A DNA stretch of 64,000 bases from assembly GCA_964583165.1 (NCBI GenBank), contig CAZOVK010000004.1, forward strand, positions 785 to 64,784. The letters run 5' to 3'. How positions within the stretch are numbered: the stretch's first letter is position 1; each line of letters begins with the position of its first letter. Below the pieces are notes generated by a model. The model worked only from the letters and a program-made list of their open reading frames with translations, was not told the DNA's origin and did not search any database. Positions 19,097-29,249 of this stretch are shown piece after piece. Source of the stretch: an uncultured Defluviitaleaceae bacterium (GTDB lineage: Bacteria > Bacillota > Clostridia > Lachnospirales > WRAX01). Both the position numbers and the translations under genes were made by a program.

Positions 19097-20494
19097 ATGA
19101 ATACAAATGAGGCGCTTAGGCGCATACCTAAGACTGATGAGATACTGGCAGATGCGCGTATTGTAAAGCTTTCAGAAGCCTTGACGCATTCGCGCGTGAT
19201 GACAGAGATACGCGAAGAGCTAGATGTTTTACGGCAGAAGCTCATTAAACATGGCAGTAACGCCGAGCGTGAGGTGTTACGCGAAAACGTGATTAAGAGT
19301 GTCGCGAAACGGCTTGAAAACCTTGCCGCCGAGGATTTGCGCCGTGTAATTAACGCAACGGGCGTTATTATTCATACGAATTTGGGGCGTGCGCCGCTGT
19401 CTGAAAACGCCGCGCGACTGGTGTATGAAACCTGCGCGGGGTATTCAAACCTTGAGTTTTCGACTGTCACGGGTAAACGACGCAACCGTATGTACTACCT
19501 TGAACGCCTGATAGCCGACATCACGTGCGCGGAGGCCGCGCTTGTCGTCAACAACAACGCCGCCGCCGTTTGGCTCACGCTGAACACACTTGCGGCGCGG
19601 CGCGGCGTGGTTTTATCGCGCGGTGAAATGGTTGAAGTAGGCGATTCGTTCCGTATTTCAGAGATTATCGCGCAAAGTGGCTGTGATGTGACCGAAGTTG
19701 GCACGACTAACAAGACGAAACTGTCGGACTATGAAAAGGCGATAACAGAAGATACGGCGGTCTTGTTGAAGGTTCACACCTCGAATTTTCGTATAATCGG
19801 TTTTACGGAGAGTGTAGAGCCTAAGTCAATGGCGAAGTTGGCGCATGACAAAAACTTGATTGCCATTGAGGATATGGGAAGCGGCGTTTTGCTCGATTTA
19901 TCGGAATACGGTTTGCCACGCGAACGGACAGTCACTGACGCGCTAAATGACGGCATGGATATTGTGACGTTCTCGGGTGATAAGCTCTTGGGCGGCCCAC
20001 AAGCGGGCATTATCGCGGGTAAGAAAGTTTATATAGATATGATGAAGCAGAATCAACTTCTGCGTTGTTTGCGTTTGGACAAGATGTGTATGGCCGCGTT
20101 AATAGGTACTCTTAAATCTTATAGAAGCTCTGAAACTGTTCGGGAAATACCTATAATTAACGCGCTCACGGCGACAAACGATGAAATCCTTAAACGGGCC
20201 GAAAAGCTGTATATGTTACTCTTAAACAACACCGCGTTCTCATTTGAACTCGTCAAAGCCAACGCAATGACGGGCGGTGGGGCATTACCCGTTGAGGATA
20301 TAGAAAGCTATGGAGTAGCTGTGTTGAGTGAATGGTTTTCAGCCGACAAACTCGCGAACACCTTGCGTGAGCAAGCAATACCGATTATTACAGTCCGTCA
20401 GAATGACCGTGTTGTGTTGAATTGTCGCACGCTGACTGAACGCGACTTCGAGTATATAAAAGATGTATTCACAAAATTAGCTGAATTGAGGTAA
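19097..20494 (+). CDS. selA: L-seryl-tRNA(Sec) selenium transferase
   Basis: 465 aa with N-terminal helical domain, VINATG..IHTNLGRAP, VNNNAAAV, KVHTSNF, FSGDKLLGGPQAG (PLP lysine). Confidence 0.95.
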   Translation: MNTNEALRRIPKTDEILADARIVKLSEALTHSRVMTEIREELDVLRQKLIKHGSNAEREVLRENVIKSVAKRLENLAAEDLRRVINATGVIIHTNLGRAPLSENAARLVYETCAGYSNLEFSTVTGKRRNRMYYLERLIADITCAEAALVVNNNAAAVWLTLNTLAARRGVVLSRGEMVEVGDSFRISEIIAQSGCDVTEVGTTNKTKLSDYEKAITEDTAVLLKVHTSNFRIIGFTESVEPKSMAKLAHDKNLIAIEDMGSGVLLDLSEYGLPRERTVTDALNDGMDIVTFSGDKLLGGPQAGIIAGKKVYIDMMKQNQLLRCLRLDKMCMAALIGTLKSYRSSETVREIPIINALTATNDEILKRAEKLYMLLLNNTAFSFELVKANAMTGGGALPVEDIESYGVAVLSEWFSADKLANTLREQAIPIITVRQNDRVVLNCRTLTERDFEYIKDVFTKLAELR

Positions 20495-20496
20495 AT

Positions 20497-21510
20497 ATGC
20501 TGTTATCTAACTGCACATCTGGCGGCTGTGGCGCGAAGATTGGCCCCGGCGAACTGGGCGAACTGCTTTCGGGGTTGCCGACGGCATTTGACCCAAATTT
20601 GATTGTGGGTTTCGACAATTCTGATGACGCGGCTGTTTATCGGTTGAATGACGATTTGCATATCGTTTCTACGGTGGATTTTTTCAGCCCTATGGTTGAT
20701 GACCCCGTGACGTTCGGGCGTATAGCCGCCGCGAATGCGCTTAGTGACGTTTATGCAATGGGCGCGACACCGATTTTCGCGCTGAATCTGGTTTGCTTCC
20801 CCGAGAAGATGGATAAGAAAATTCTGGCTGACATTTTGCGCGGTGGTTCTGAGAAGTTACAGGAAGCGGGCGCAGCTTTGGCAGGTGGGCATTCGATTTA
20901 TGATAAAGAAATTAAGTATGGGCTTTCTGTCACAGGTAAGTTAGAGGGCAAACCACTTCGCAATGACGCTTGTAGAGTAGGTGACGCTCTGATTTTAACT
21001 AAGCCATTGGGCGTTGGCATTATCCTCGCCGCGGCACGTGGCGGTGAAGCCGATGAAGAAGCCATCGCGACAGTCACGGCTTCTATGGAACGCCTTAACA
21101 AGTACGCCGCCGAACAGATGAACGGATATGACATCAGCGCGGCAACGGATGTGACAGGCTTCGGGCTTATCGCACACCTTGCGGAAATGGTAGGCTCTCA
21201 CGCTTCGGCATTGCTTGAACCGTCAGCCTTACCTTACTTTGCGGAAGCATATAAATATGCTAATGAGTTTTTGTTGACGGCCGCAGGTCAACGAAACCGT
21301 ACTTATATGGCAGAAAAGACGGATGTTAGCGCATTACCTTTCGCGCTACAAGAACTCTTGTTTGACCCGCAGACCTCAGGCGGGCTTCTCATAGCCGTTG
21401 CGCATGAACAGGCGAACGACTTGTTAGCGGCGATTCAAAAGTACGAGCCGAAAGCCGCCATTATCGGCGCTGTCACAGAAAAGGCGGATAGAGCCGTCAT
21501 GTTCGCATAG
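20497..21510 (+). CDS. selD: Selenophosphate synthetase (Cys form)
   Basis: GGCGAK (TGT codon, not TGA), DDAAVY, TVDFF, ANALSDVYAMG, TDVTGFGL, DPQTSGGLL. Confidence 0.95.
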   Translation: MLLSNCTSGGCGAKIGPGELGELLSGLPTAFDPNLIVGFDNSDDAAVYRLNDDLHIVSTVDFFSPMVDDPVTFGRIAAANALSDVYAMGATPIFALNLVCFPEKMDKKILADILRGGSEKLQEAGAALAGGHSIYDKEIKYGLSVTGKLEGKPLRNDACRVGDALILTKPLGVGIILAAARGGEADEEAIATVTASMERLNKYAAEQMNGYDISAATDVTGFGLIAHLAEMVGSHASALLEPSALPYFAEAYKYANEFLLTAAGQRNRTYMAEKTDVSALPFALQELLFDPQTSGGLLIAVAHEQANDLLAAIQKYEPKAAIIGAVTEKADRAVMFA

Positions 21511-21519
21511 GAGGGCATC

Positions 21520-22119
21520 ATGGAATTTATTAACGCACTCGGTCAACCATGCCCAATTCCCGTAATCATGGCGAAGAAGGCGTTGAAAGCTACGAACGAT
21601 GGGATAACGATTGCCGTTGACAATATTGTTGCGACAGAAAACCTTGCGAAGATGGCGGCAGGTCTTGGGTATTCGATTTCTGTCAGCGAAAGATTTGACG
21701 GGAATTATGATGTTATAATAGATGGAACGGCGAGAGAAAAAACGGAGCAGACTACCTCAGAACCCGTGCAGATGACGGCTCAAAAGCCGTTAATCATTAC
21801 TATTTCGGCCGATACAATGGGGCGCGGTGATGATAAACTGGGCGCGACACTTCTGAAGATGTTCATACATTCAGTAACAGAACTAGATGTACTGCCCGAG
21901 CAAATATTGTTCTTCAACGGCGGCGCAAAACTTACGATTAGCGGTTCAGCCGCGCTTTCAGACTTGCGGGAACTGACAGAGAAAGGCGTAAAAATCGCCA
22001 CATGTGGCGCGTGTCTGGATTTTTATGGCATCAAAGATGAACTCGCGATAGGTGAGATTACGAATATGTTCACAATCGCGCAAACCCTCGCGTCAGCCGG
22101 CAACACAATAATGTTATAG
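21520..22119 (+). CDS. yedF: Sulfurtransferase-like selenium metabolism protein YedF
   Basis: TusA-like CPIP N-terminal domain plus DsrE-like C-terminal domain (CGACLDFY, GEITNM). Confidence 0.88.
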   Translation: MEFINALGQPCPIPVIMAKKALKATNDGITIAVDNIVATENLAKMAAGLGYSISVSERFDGNYDVIIDGTAREKTEQTTSEPVQMTAQKPLIITISADTMGRGDDKLGATLLKMFIHSVTELDVLPEQILFFNGGAKLTISGSAALSDLRELTEKGVKIATCGACLDFYGIKDELAIGEITNMFTIAQTLASAGNTIML

Positions 22120-22127
22120 TAAAGTGG

Positions 22128-22156
22128 TTTACATAAACCTGTATTTGGTGTATAAT
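22128..22156 (+). promoter_or_regulatory. sigmaA promoter of the rnhB operon
   Basis: TTTACA-N17-TATAAT. Confidence 0.7.
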
Positions 22157-22186
22157 GAAGCTAATACCTGTATGGATAGGTAAAAT

Positions 22187-22831
22187 ATGAAGCGCATACG
22201 GAGTTACACAGAGGACTTGTTCGCTTTTGACTCGGGGTATGATAGTTATGAACACATTTGCGGCGTTGACGAGGCCGGGCGTGGACCCATAGCTGGGCCT
22301 GTCGTTGCGGCGGCTGTTATTATGCCACGCGGAATCTATATAAAGGAAGTCAACGACTCAAAGCAATTGAGCGACAAACGCCGCCGACGGCTAGCGGATG
22401 CGATTTTAGATAACGCTGTTGCCGTGGGTTTTGGCGTGATTGATAATCATGGTATTGACGAGATGAATATCTTACGCGCGAGCCTTGCGGCAATGAAGAA
22501 AGCTGTCACGGCGCTTTTGGTTACGCCTGATATTGTGCTGGTAGACGGGATAAATGAGATAGATACGCCACTTCAGCAACGTATTGTGAAGCATGGTGAC
22601 GCGCGGAGTTTCGCTATAGCTTGCGCCAGTATATTGGCGAAGGTTAAGCGTGATAATATGATGATTGAGTTTGCCGAACAATACCCCGTGTATGAATTTG
22701 CGAAACACAAGGGTTACCCATCAAAGGTTCATAAGGAGCGTTTGAGGGAGTTTGGCGCGTGCCCGATACACAGGCGAAGTTTCGCGCCTGTTAAGGCAGT
22801 TTTGGAGAGCGGTATCGATTATGGAGGATAA
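22187..22831 (+). CDS. rnhB: Ribonuclease HII
   Basis: GVDEAGRGP, NDSK, VDG, IACASILAKV.RD, KHKGY. Confidence 0.95.
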   Translation: MKRIRSYTEDLFAFDSGYDSYEHICGVDEAGRGPIAGPVVAAAVIMPRGIYIKEVNDSKQLSDKRRRRLADAILDNAVAVGFGVIDNHGIDEMNILRASLAAMKKAVTALLVTPDIVLVDGINEIDTPLQQRIVKHGDARSFAIACASILAKVKRDNMMIEFAEQYPVYEFAKHKGYPSKVHKERLREFGACPIHRRSFAPVKAVLESGIDYGG

Positions 22832-23117
22832 GAGGGGCTTTGACCCACGTAGAAAGGCTGTCGCCGTCAACTATAACCCAATGGATTCAGCCCCGCGCGT
22901 TGTGGCTAAGGGGCAGGGTTTTGTTGCGGAACAGATAATCAAAAAAGGCGAAGAGCATGATGTACCCATAATCGAGAATCGAAAGCTCACAGAAGAGTTA
23001 GAGAGAATCGAACTCGGCAGTCACATACCGCCCGAGCTATATGAAGTAGTCGCTCAAGTCCTCATTTTTGTCAGCGATATGGACAAGATAGAGCGTTACC
23101 GCGCTGGGAGGGCATAA
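22821..23117 (+). CDS. FlhB C-terminal-like protein (YlqH / EscU-YscU family)
   Basis: KAVAVNY...APRVVAKG.G..AE.I, IPPELYEVVAQVL; ATG 22821. Confidence 0.85.
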   Translation: MEDKRGFDPRRKAVAVNYNPMDSAPRVVAKGQGFVAEQIIKKGEEHDVPIIENRKLTEELERIELGSHIPPELYEVVAQVLIFVSDMDKIERYRAGRA

Positions 23118-23488
23118 TGCCGCGCCAGTCGGAGTATTTGGGCAAGAAGGCAGAGAGTGTCGCCGCGGCGTATTTATCTGGCATGGGATATACGATACTC
23201 AAAATGAACTATCGCGTATCGGGCTCGGAGATTGATATTATTGCGCAAAAGGGCTTCACGATTGTGTTCGTTGAGGTCAAAAGTCGCCGCTTCATAAACG
23301 GTTACGCCGCGCGTGACGCAATCACGCCAGCCAAAGTCCGCCGAATAAAAAAGGCGGCTCTTTCGTATATATCGGAGAGGACAGCCGAAAGCGTAGAAGC
23401 AGACGAAAACCTCGAATACCGCTTTGACGCTATTGAAGTAATTGGGGAAACCCTAGAAATAGAACATCTTGAAGGCGCGTTTGACTAA
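23117..23488 (+). CDS. YraN family PD-(D/E)xK nuclease-like protein
   Basis: G..AE..A..YL...GY, EIDIIA, VFVEVKSR, RFD. Confidence 0.9.
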   Translation: MPRQSEYLGKKAESVAAAYLSGMGYTILKMNYRVSGSEIDIIAQKGFTIVFVEVKSRRFINGYAARDAITPAKVRRIKKAALSYISERTAESVEADENLEYRFDAIEVIGETLEIEHLEGAFD

Positions 23489-23514
23489 CGCGCGACCAAA
23501 ATGGAGGGGTAAAG

Positions 23515-23901
23515 ATGGCAGATAGCAGAGAAATGGACGTATTAAAGACAGCCGTAAAGGCCATTGACGACAAGCTCGGCACTAAAATCAGCGTTTTGAA
23601 TATCGGCAAAATCAGCCCAATGGCTGATTATTTTGTAATCGCAACAGCGGGCAATCCGTCACAGATGAAGGCAATTGCGGACGATATAGAAGAGAAACTG
23701 TTTCGTGGGCATGGCGTGCGCCTTAAACATGCCGAGGGTTACAATGATACCCAGTGGATTTTGCTGGATTTCGACTGGATAATCGTTCATCTGTTCTTGC
23801 GTGACGCCCGTCATTTCTATAACCTTGACAGCGTTTGGAAGGACGCGGAGGCCATTGATATCAAGGAATGGGTTAAGCCGGAGGACCATACACCGCGCTG
23901 A
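23515..23901 (+). CDS. rsfS: Ribosome silencing factor
   Basis: DYFVIATA, EG, WILLD...IIVHLF...R.FYNLD.VW. Confidence 0.92.
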   Translation: MADSREMDVLKTAVKAIDDKLGTKISVLNIGKISPMADYFVIATAGNPSQMKAIADDIEEKLFRGHGVRLKHAEGYNDTQWILLDFDWIIVHLFLRDARHFYNLDSVWKDAEAIDIKEWVKPEDHTPR

Positions 23902-23916
23902 ACAAAAGACCGGCGA

Positions 23917-24321
23917 TTAACGCCGGTATAGGTAGTTATTTTTGATTGCGTGCTCGTTTTCATCCGTCATTGCCTCAAAGAAAATCTCGCGCACGAACGG
24001 GGTAGGGTTGGCAAGAATGATGTTTCGATAAAGTTCATATGCCCCCATTTCGTCCGAAAACGCTTGACCGAGGCCTTCTTCAAACGAGCTTATCTCCGGT
24101 TTTTCGGGCGCGGGCAGATTAGGCCGCCGCCCTGTCATGCGCGTAAAGAGCATCTCGAACGCGTTCAGGTGCTTTTCTTCGTCGTCGCGGAAGTGTAGAA
24201 TCATGTCCTTAGCGTGGTCATCGGGCGCAAGCTCGGCGAGTGCGGTGTAATACGCGATGCCGTGGTTTTCACCGTTCATGGCCTGCATGAGCAAATCGGG
24301 CGTGAGTCTGAAATTATCCAT
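23917..24321 (-). CDS. Ferritin-like/rubrerythrin-domain protein
   Basis: Duplicated E..A..YY and DE..H di-iron motifs (DEEKH, DENEH). Confidence 0.8.
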   Translation of the reverse strand: MDNFRLTPDLLMQAMNGENHGIAYYTALAELAPDDHAKDMILHFRDDEEKHLNAFEMLFTRMTGRRPNLPAPEKPEISSFEEGLGQAFSDEMGAYELYRNIILANPTPFVREIFFEAMTDENEHAIKNNYLYRR

Positions 24322-24393
24322 GATATACCTCGATTTATGTTTACCTTATAATATGTAAACTCTACGAACATGTGATTTACGAAAGGAGCGATT

Positions 24394-25119
24394 ATGCCAG
24401 CAGAACCCAGTATATCAGAAATATTCGGCACGGCCTTCTCTGTATATCGCAAAAACCTTGGTTTCTTTATTGTTATTGCCGTTTTGGTTTTCTTGCCGCA
24501 ATATATTGTCTACGCGTTTTTACCGGAGGATTTCTTCAATCTGCTGTTGGGCGGGGCAATTTTTGACACGTCGAGAATACTGCCGTATACGCTTGTCATC
24601 ACGGCGGCTAATGTGTTGTTCACACCGCTTTCTGCGGCGGGCGCGTTCTATTTATCGCGCGCAACAATACTGAAAGAACAACCCACGGCGGCAGGACTAA
24701 TAGAAAATACCATTTCAATATGGTGGAAGTTGTCATTAACCTCTTTGTTATCATTTCTGATTATATCACTAAGCGGAATACTCATAGTTGTGCCGATTTA
24801 CTTTGCCGTGAGCTTTACGTTTGCGAGTTATGTGGTTGTATCAAGCGGGCGTTTTGGCTTTAGGGCGTTGGCTGACAGCCGCATACTCGTGCGCGGGCGA
24901 TTCTTTCGCACGTTGTTTGTAGGTATCCTATTCGGCTTCATGTCAGCGATGGCCGAAAACGCTGTCGCTAACTTCTTTGACCTCGTCGGCATCTATGGCT
25001 ATCTGCCGATTCAAATACTGTCGGGCTTAATGTCCGGCATACTGTCACTCTTTTTTACGGCGTGTTTCGCCGTATGGTTTATTGGCCGAGCGGGTTTATA
25101 TACGCCGGCGGTTGAATAA
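24394..25119 (+). CDS. Membrane protein (YciC/GDPD membrane-domain-like)
   Basis: 241 aa, about 6 TM, AL..S..LV.G.F.R motif; AAGGAG RBS. Confidence 0.65.
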   Translation: MPAEPSISEIFGTAFSVYRKNLGFFIVIAVLVFLPQYIVYAFLPEDFFNLLLGGAIFDTSRILPYTLVITAANVLFTPLSAAGAFYLSRATILKEQPTAAGLIENTISIWWKLSLTSLLSFLIISLSGILIVVPIYFAVSFTFASYVVVSSGRFGFRALADSRILVRGRFFRTLFVGILFGFMSAMAENAVANFFDLVGIYGYLPIQILSGLMSGILSLFFTACFAVWFIGRAGLYTPAVE

Positions 25120-25173
25120 AAGAATCGCTTTAAATTAGGTTCTGTTCCCGCCCCCCGCTCAGGAGGGGAAAAT

Positions 25174-26514
25174 ATGAGATTCAAACCGGAAACAAAGAAA
25201 TACCTTAGAACATTGATTGTACTGGCACTACCGCTTATCATACAAGATTTAATCAACTCACTGGTCAATATTGTTGATTCATTCATGGTTGGCTCATTGG
25301 GGCTTTCTGCTATTAACGGCGTGGGCTTCGCTAACCAGATTTTCTTTCTGCAAAACATCATGGTCTTTGGGATATGCAGTGGTTCGGGCATATTCATGTC
25401 CCAATATTGGGGTAAAAGGGATACTGAAAGTATCTGTAAGGTACTCGGAATTTGCGCTATAACGAGCCTTATAGGTTCAAGCGCGTTCGCTTTGTTCTCG
25501 TGGTTCGCGCCGCAAGTTTTGATAGGGATTTTCACGCAAAACCCAGACGCCTTGGCTATGGGTGTTGAGTATCTACGCATTGTATCGGTAACATACATCC
25601 TCAGTGCTATAACAATCAGTATCAGCTTCTCATTGCGTAGTGTCGGCATGACTCGCATACCCATGATTACAACGGGTACGTCGCTGATAATTAACGCCTG
25701 TCTTAATTACCTCTTCATAATGATACTGAAAATGGGTGTGTCAGGCGCGGCTATTGCGACAGTTATTGCGCGTACTGTTGAGCTGACGTTACAGATTATT
25801 TTGGTTAAGAAGCTTAAACTCCCGATTCTCGCGCCGTTTAGGCAATACTTCACGGCCAATCGCGCCTTCCTCAAGACGTTCTTCAAAACCACAACGCCCG
25901 TCATCATCAATGAATTTATCTGGGCGCTCGGCATATCGATTTACGCTGTCGCGTATCAATTCGCGGGTAATGAGGCACAGGGTGCGGTTCAGATTACCCA
26001 AACGCTGTCGCAATTATTCTTCGTCTTCGGCTTCGGCACGGGCGCAACAAGCGGGATTATGATTGCGAATCAATTGGGCGCGAATGAGATAGAAACGGCT
26101 GTGGACTATGCCAAACGCTCGATGATTATGAGCATTGTTCTATCTGTCGTCACATCGGGATTGCTAATTCTTTTCGCACCGCTGTTGCTATCGATTTATA
26201 AGGTAGGCGATAATGTCAAGCTTCTTGCGGAAATCTGCATCATTGTGACAGCCGTTGGCAGTATTGTTAAGAACTTCAACTTTGTCACGATTGTAGGTAT
26301 CTTGCGGAGTGGCGGTGACACGCGTTTCTGTTTGTTCCTCGATGTAGCCAGCGTCTGGTGTATCGGTATACCTATTGCGTTTCTGGGGGCGGCCGTTTTC
26401 CATCTGCCGATTTATTGGGTCATCGCGCTAGTGCATATTGAGGAAATTTTCAAAGTAATCCTTAGTTACACACGTGTGAGAAGCCGCGTTTGGGCGCGGA
26501 ATATCATCAATTAA
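25174..26514 (+). CDS. MATE family efflux transporter
   Basis: LALP, N.VD..MVG.LG, SQYWG, LRS.G, GILRSGGDT; 12 TM. Confidence 0.92.
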   Translation: MRFKPETKKYLRTLIVLALPLIIQDLINSLVNIVDSFMVGSLGLSAINGVGFANQIFFLQNIMVFGICSGSGIFMSQYWGKRDTESICKVLGICAITSLIGSSAFALFSWFAPQVLIGIFTQNPDALAMGVEYLRIVSVTYILSAITISISFSLRSVGMTRIPMITTGTSLIINACLNYLFIMILKMGVSGAAIATVIARTVELTLQIILVKKLKLPILAPFRQYFTANRAFLKTFFKTTTPVIINEFIWALGISIYAVAYQFAGNEAQGAVQITQTLSQLFFVFGFGTGATSGIMIANQLGANEIETAVDYAKRSMIMSIVLSVVTSGLLILFAPLLLSIYKVGDNVKLLAEICIIVTAVGSIVKNFNFVTIVGILRSGGDTRFCLFLDVASVWCIGIPIAFLGAAVFHLPIYWVIALVHIEEIFKVILSYTRVRSRVWARNIIN

Positions 26515-26524
26515 CGGAGGGGCT

Positions 26525-27421
26525 ATGTTTCCTATACGATTCACGCCGCAATACCAAGTTACACCTTGGGGTGGGCGGCGGTTTGAGGCCTTAGGGCGCA
26601 AAATCCCGAGTGGCAACATCGGCGCGAGCCTTGAAATCTCGGCTTTGCCGGGGCAGGTGAGTGTGATTTGCGGTGGTGAGTTTGACGGAGTTACGCTTTC
26701 GGAAGCTTGCGAAAGGTTTGGAAGGAAGCTTCTGGGCGAACAGTTAACGACTTTCCCATTTCTAATAAAACTGCTTGATGCGGCTTGTGATTTGTCCGTG
26801 CAGGTTCATCCGTCTGATGAGGACGCGCAACAGCTTGAAAACCAACCAGTCGGCAAGAATGAGGCTTGGTTTTTCCTCGAAAAGCCCGATACAGGCATAC
26901 GTCTGGGGCTAAATAACGGCGTGAATCGCGAAATACTGTCCCAACAACTCAATACAGGCGCGATTTTAGAGAGTGCTGCGAGATTTGCGGTTGAAAATGG
27001 AGAAATGGTCTACATACCATGCGGGACTTTACATGTACTTACCGCGGGTAGTCTGGTTGTTGAGATTCAGGATTCGTGCGACATTACATATAGGTTGTAT
27101 GACTATGGTAGCCCGCGTGAGTTGCATATAGACAAGGGCTTTCGGTCACTGAAAATACCGAATGAGCCATACAATCACCGCCAACAAGATGTAAAATCGC
27201 CACGATTTTCAATCACAACCCTTACCCTTGATGGCTCGGTGTGTATGACGAAACCACCTCGCCTAGTTGCGCTGACATGTGTCGGCGGCTCATGTGAAGT
27301 CATCGCGGGTGGTGTAAGTCTGGAATTAGAAAAAGCCGGTTCGTGTCTGATACCGGCTTGTGTCGATAGTTATGAGATTGTGGGTAATGTCAAGCTTTTG
27401 GAAACCACTTCAAACCTATAG
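26525..27421 (+). CDS. manA: Mannose-6-phosphate isomerase, class I
   Basis: [41 protein letters not shown]. Confidence 0.85.
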   Translation: MFPIRFTPQYQVTPWGGRRFEALGRKIPSGNIGASLEISALPGQVSVICGGEFDGVTLSEACERFGRKLLGEQLTTFPFLIKLLDAACDLSVQVHPSDEDAQQLENQPVGKNEAWFFLEKPDTGIRLGLNNGVNREILSQQLNTGAILESAARFAVENGEMVYIPCGTLHVLTAGSLVVEIQDSCDITYRLYDYGSPRELHIDKGFRSLKIPNEPYNHRQQDVKSPRFSITTLTLDGSVCMTKPPRLVALTCVGGSCEVIAGGVSLELEKAGSCLIPACVDSYEIVGNVKLLETTSNL

Positions 27422-28432
27422 AATCTCAATACGCGGCGCGGCATTCAGTTCTAACGGACTGACCGCGCCGCGTTTATATTGGTAGAAACCCGCCGCCGCA
27501 ATCATGGCGGCGTTGTCTGTACAGAGAACAGTCGGCGGCATGTAGAGTTTGATGCCACGTTTGGCGCAAGCGTCAGTTATTGACGCGCGTAAACCGCTGT
27601 TGCATGAAACGCCGCCGGCGAGGGCGAGCACATTTGAACCGGTCCGCTCGCAAGCCTGCATGGTTTTCGCTGTAAGCACAGAAACAACGGCATTCTGGAA
27701 TGAAGCCGCAACATCTGCGTAATTCACGGGCTGATTGGTCAGCCTCATCTTGTTCAGATAGTTCAAAACAGCCGATTTCAAGCCGCTGAAGCTGAAATCG
27801 AGTGTGCCGTCTTCCAAAAAAGCCTGCGGGAATGGGATGTTTACGCTACCCTCAACCGAAAGCCTATCCAGCATCAAACCACCGGGGTAGGGTAGGTCAA
27901 GCGCACGCGCCACTTTGTCGAAGGCTTCTCCCGCCGCGTCGTCACGCGTTTCGCCGAGAATCTCGATTTTATCATAACTATCCATATGCAACAGGGTAGT
28001 ATGCCCGCCCGAAACAACCAAGCAAACAAACGGCGGCTCCAAATCTGTATCAATGAAATTGGCCGAAATATGACCGCGAATATGATTCACGCCCACAAGT
28101 GGCAAACCCGCCGAGAAGCTCAACCCCTTCGCGTAGTTCAAACCGACCAAAAGCGCCCCCACAAGCCCCGGCCCGTATGTAACAGCGATTGCATCAAGGT
28201 CAGCGAAAGTCAGCCCCGCCTTTTCCATAGCGGCAGCAACAACCATGTCAATCTTTTCGACATGACTACGCGACGCAATCTCGGGCACAACACCGCCATA
28301 TGCCTTGTGTATGTCAATCTGCGAGAAAATCTCGTTAGACAGCACAAAGCGCCCGTTTTTCACAACGGCCGCGCTCGTTTCGTCACAGGATGTTTCTATA
28401 CCCAGTATTAAAATATCATTCATATTGTCCAT
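27416..28432 (-). CDS. tsaD: tRNA t6A37 threonylcarbamoyltransferase
   Basis: [47 protein letters not shown]. Confidence 0.97.
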   Translation of the reverse strand: MDNMNDILILGIETSCDETSAAVVKNGRFVLSNEIFSQIDIHKAYGGVVPEIASRSHVEKIDMVVAAAMEKAGLTFADLDAIAVTYGPGLVGALLVGLNYAKGLSFSAGLPLVGVNHIRGHISANFIDTDLEPPFVCLVVSGGHTTLLHMDSYDKIEILGETRDDAAGEAFDKVARALDLPYPGGLMLDRLSVEGSVNIPFPQAFLEDGTLDFSFSGLKSAVLNYLNKMRLTNQPVNYADVAASFQNAVVSVLTAKTMQACERTGSNVLALAGGVSCNSGLRASITDACAKRGIKLYMPPTVLCTDNAAMIAAAGFYQYKRGAVSPLELNAAPRIEIL

Positions 28433-28439
28433 ATTTCAC

Positions 28440-29249
28440 CTATGCAATAAATGGGTTTTCGTAGAACTTTTTCCTCAAGAAGCCGTTAATGAGCGAAGTC
28501 GCGACAATACCCGTACAAGCCAACGGAATGAACAGCGTCGTAACATACATCCCGGTCAGCGAAATCATCTTGAATGCCTGAATAATCAACATACCGACAA
28601 GCAAGTAAACAGTCACGGGCGCTTGATGTTTCAGTGACTTGAAAATCTGAAAACCCGTCAATAGTGCCAGCGACACTTGCCCCAGTAGTGTCAATATATA
28701 CATCAAAACGGCTATCATCAATGTCGCGGGTATCAGCACCAGACTAGCAAAACAGATGAAACCCAGCGCAAGCATAATGAAATACCCAACAAGCCCATGC
28801 CGCGCCACATTCGCGGGTTCAAATATGAGCGCCGCCGTGCCCTGCGCGAAGAAACCTCGTTTTATCGCAAAGAGCACGAAACATGCGAAAATCTCCAAGG
28901 CGCTGACGATAAGCCGTGCCACAAGCGGCGAAATCTCGACAATCTGGGCGTTCGGGTTCGCGCCGTAATACACATCAGAACAAATCGATAACACAAACCC
29001 GTCGAACTTATCATGCACAATCGCCGTTGAGTAGAACAGAACGACATTGCGCGGCGAAAAGTCATGAATTTCGGCCTCTGACACCATATAAACAAGCGCC
29101 TTCGTCCGAAAATACGGCACTTCGCGGTCACGGAAGATAAACCCCCCAGACATGCCAATAGTAGCGGCGCCATACACAGCGCCGCTACACACAAGTGACA
29201 TCACGATAGTGATTGCGAGTGCCAAAAATAATTTCTTAATCCTCTGCAT
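28440..29249 (-). CDS. Membrane protein cotranscribed with the ECF sigma/anti-sigma pair
   Basis: Likely start ATG 29249 (MQRIKK), overlapping the anti-sigma stop; signal/TM segment, small soluble domain, about 5 TM. Confidence 0.6.
   Translation of the reverse strand: MQRIKKLFLALAITIVMSLVCSGAVYGAATIGMSGGFIFRDREVPYFRTKALVYMVSEAEIHDFSPRNVVLFYSTAIVHDKFDGFVLSICSDVYYGANPNAQIVEISPLVARLIVSALEIFACFVLFAIKRGFFAQGTAALIFEPANVARHGLVGYFIMLALGFICFASLVLIPATLMIAVLMYILTLLGQVSLALLTGFQIFKSLKHQAPVTVYLLVGMLIIQAFKMISLTGMYVTTLFIPLACTGIVATSLINGFLRKKFYENPFIA

Noticed and set aside
19097-20494. SelA as a DgaE-type sugar ammonia-lyase because it sits next to a sugar kinase
   Set aside because: It is full length with the N-terminal extension and bona fide SelA motifs, and is adjacent to selD.
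20497-22119. Selenocysteine recoding in selD, yedF or neighbouring genes
   Set aside because: The active-site codons are TGT/TGC, and the TGA-terminated genes I checked (oppC, oppD, rsfS, spoIVFB) are complete proteins with no plausible in-frame continuation.
22821-23117. FlhB/EscU-like gene as evidence of a type III secretion island
   Set aside because: The stand-alone FlhB C-terminal homolog near rnhB is a known housekeeping arrangement (B. subtilis ylqH).
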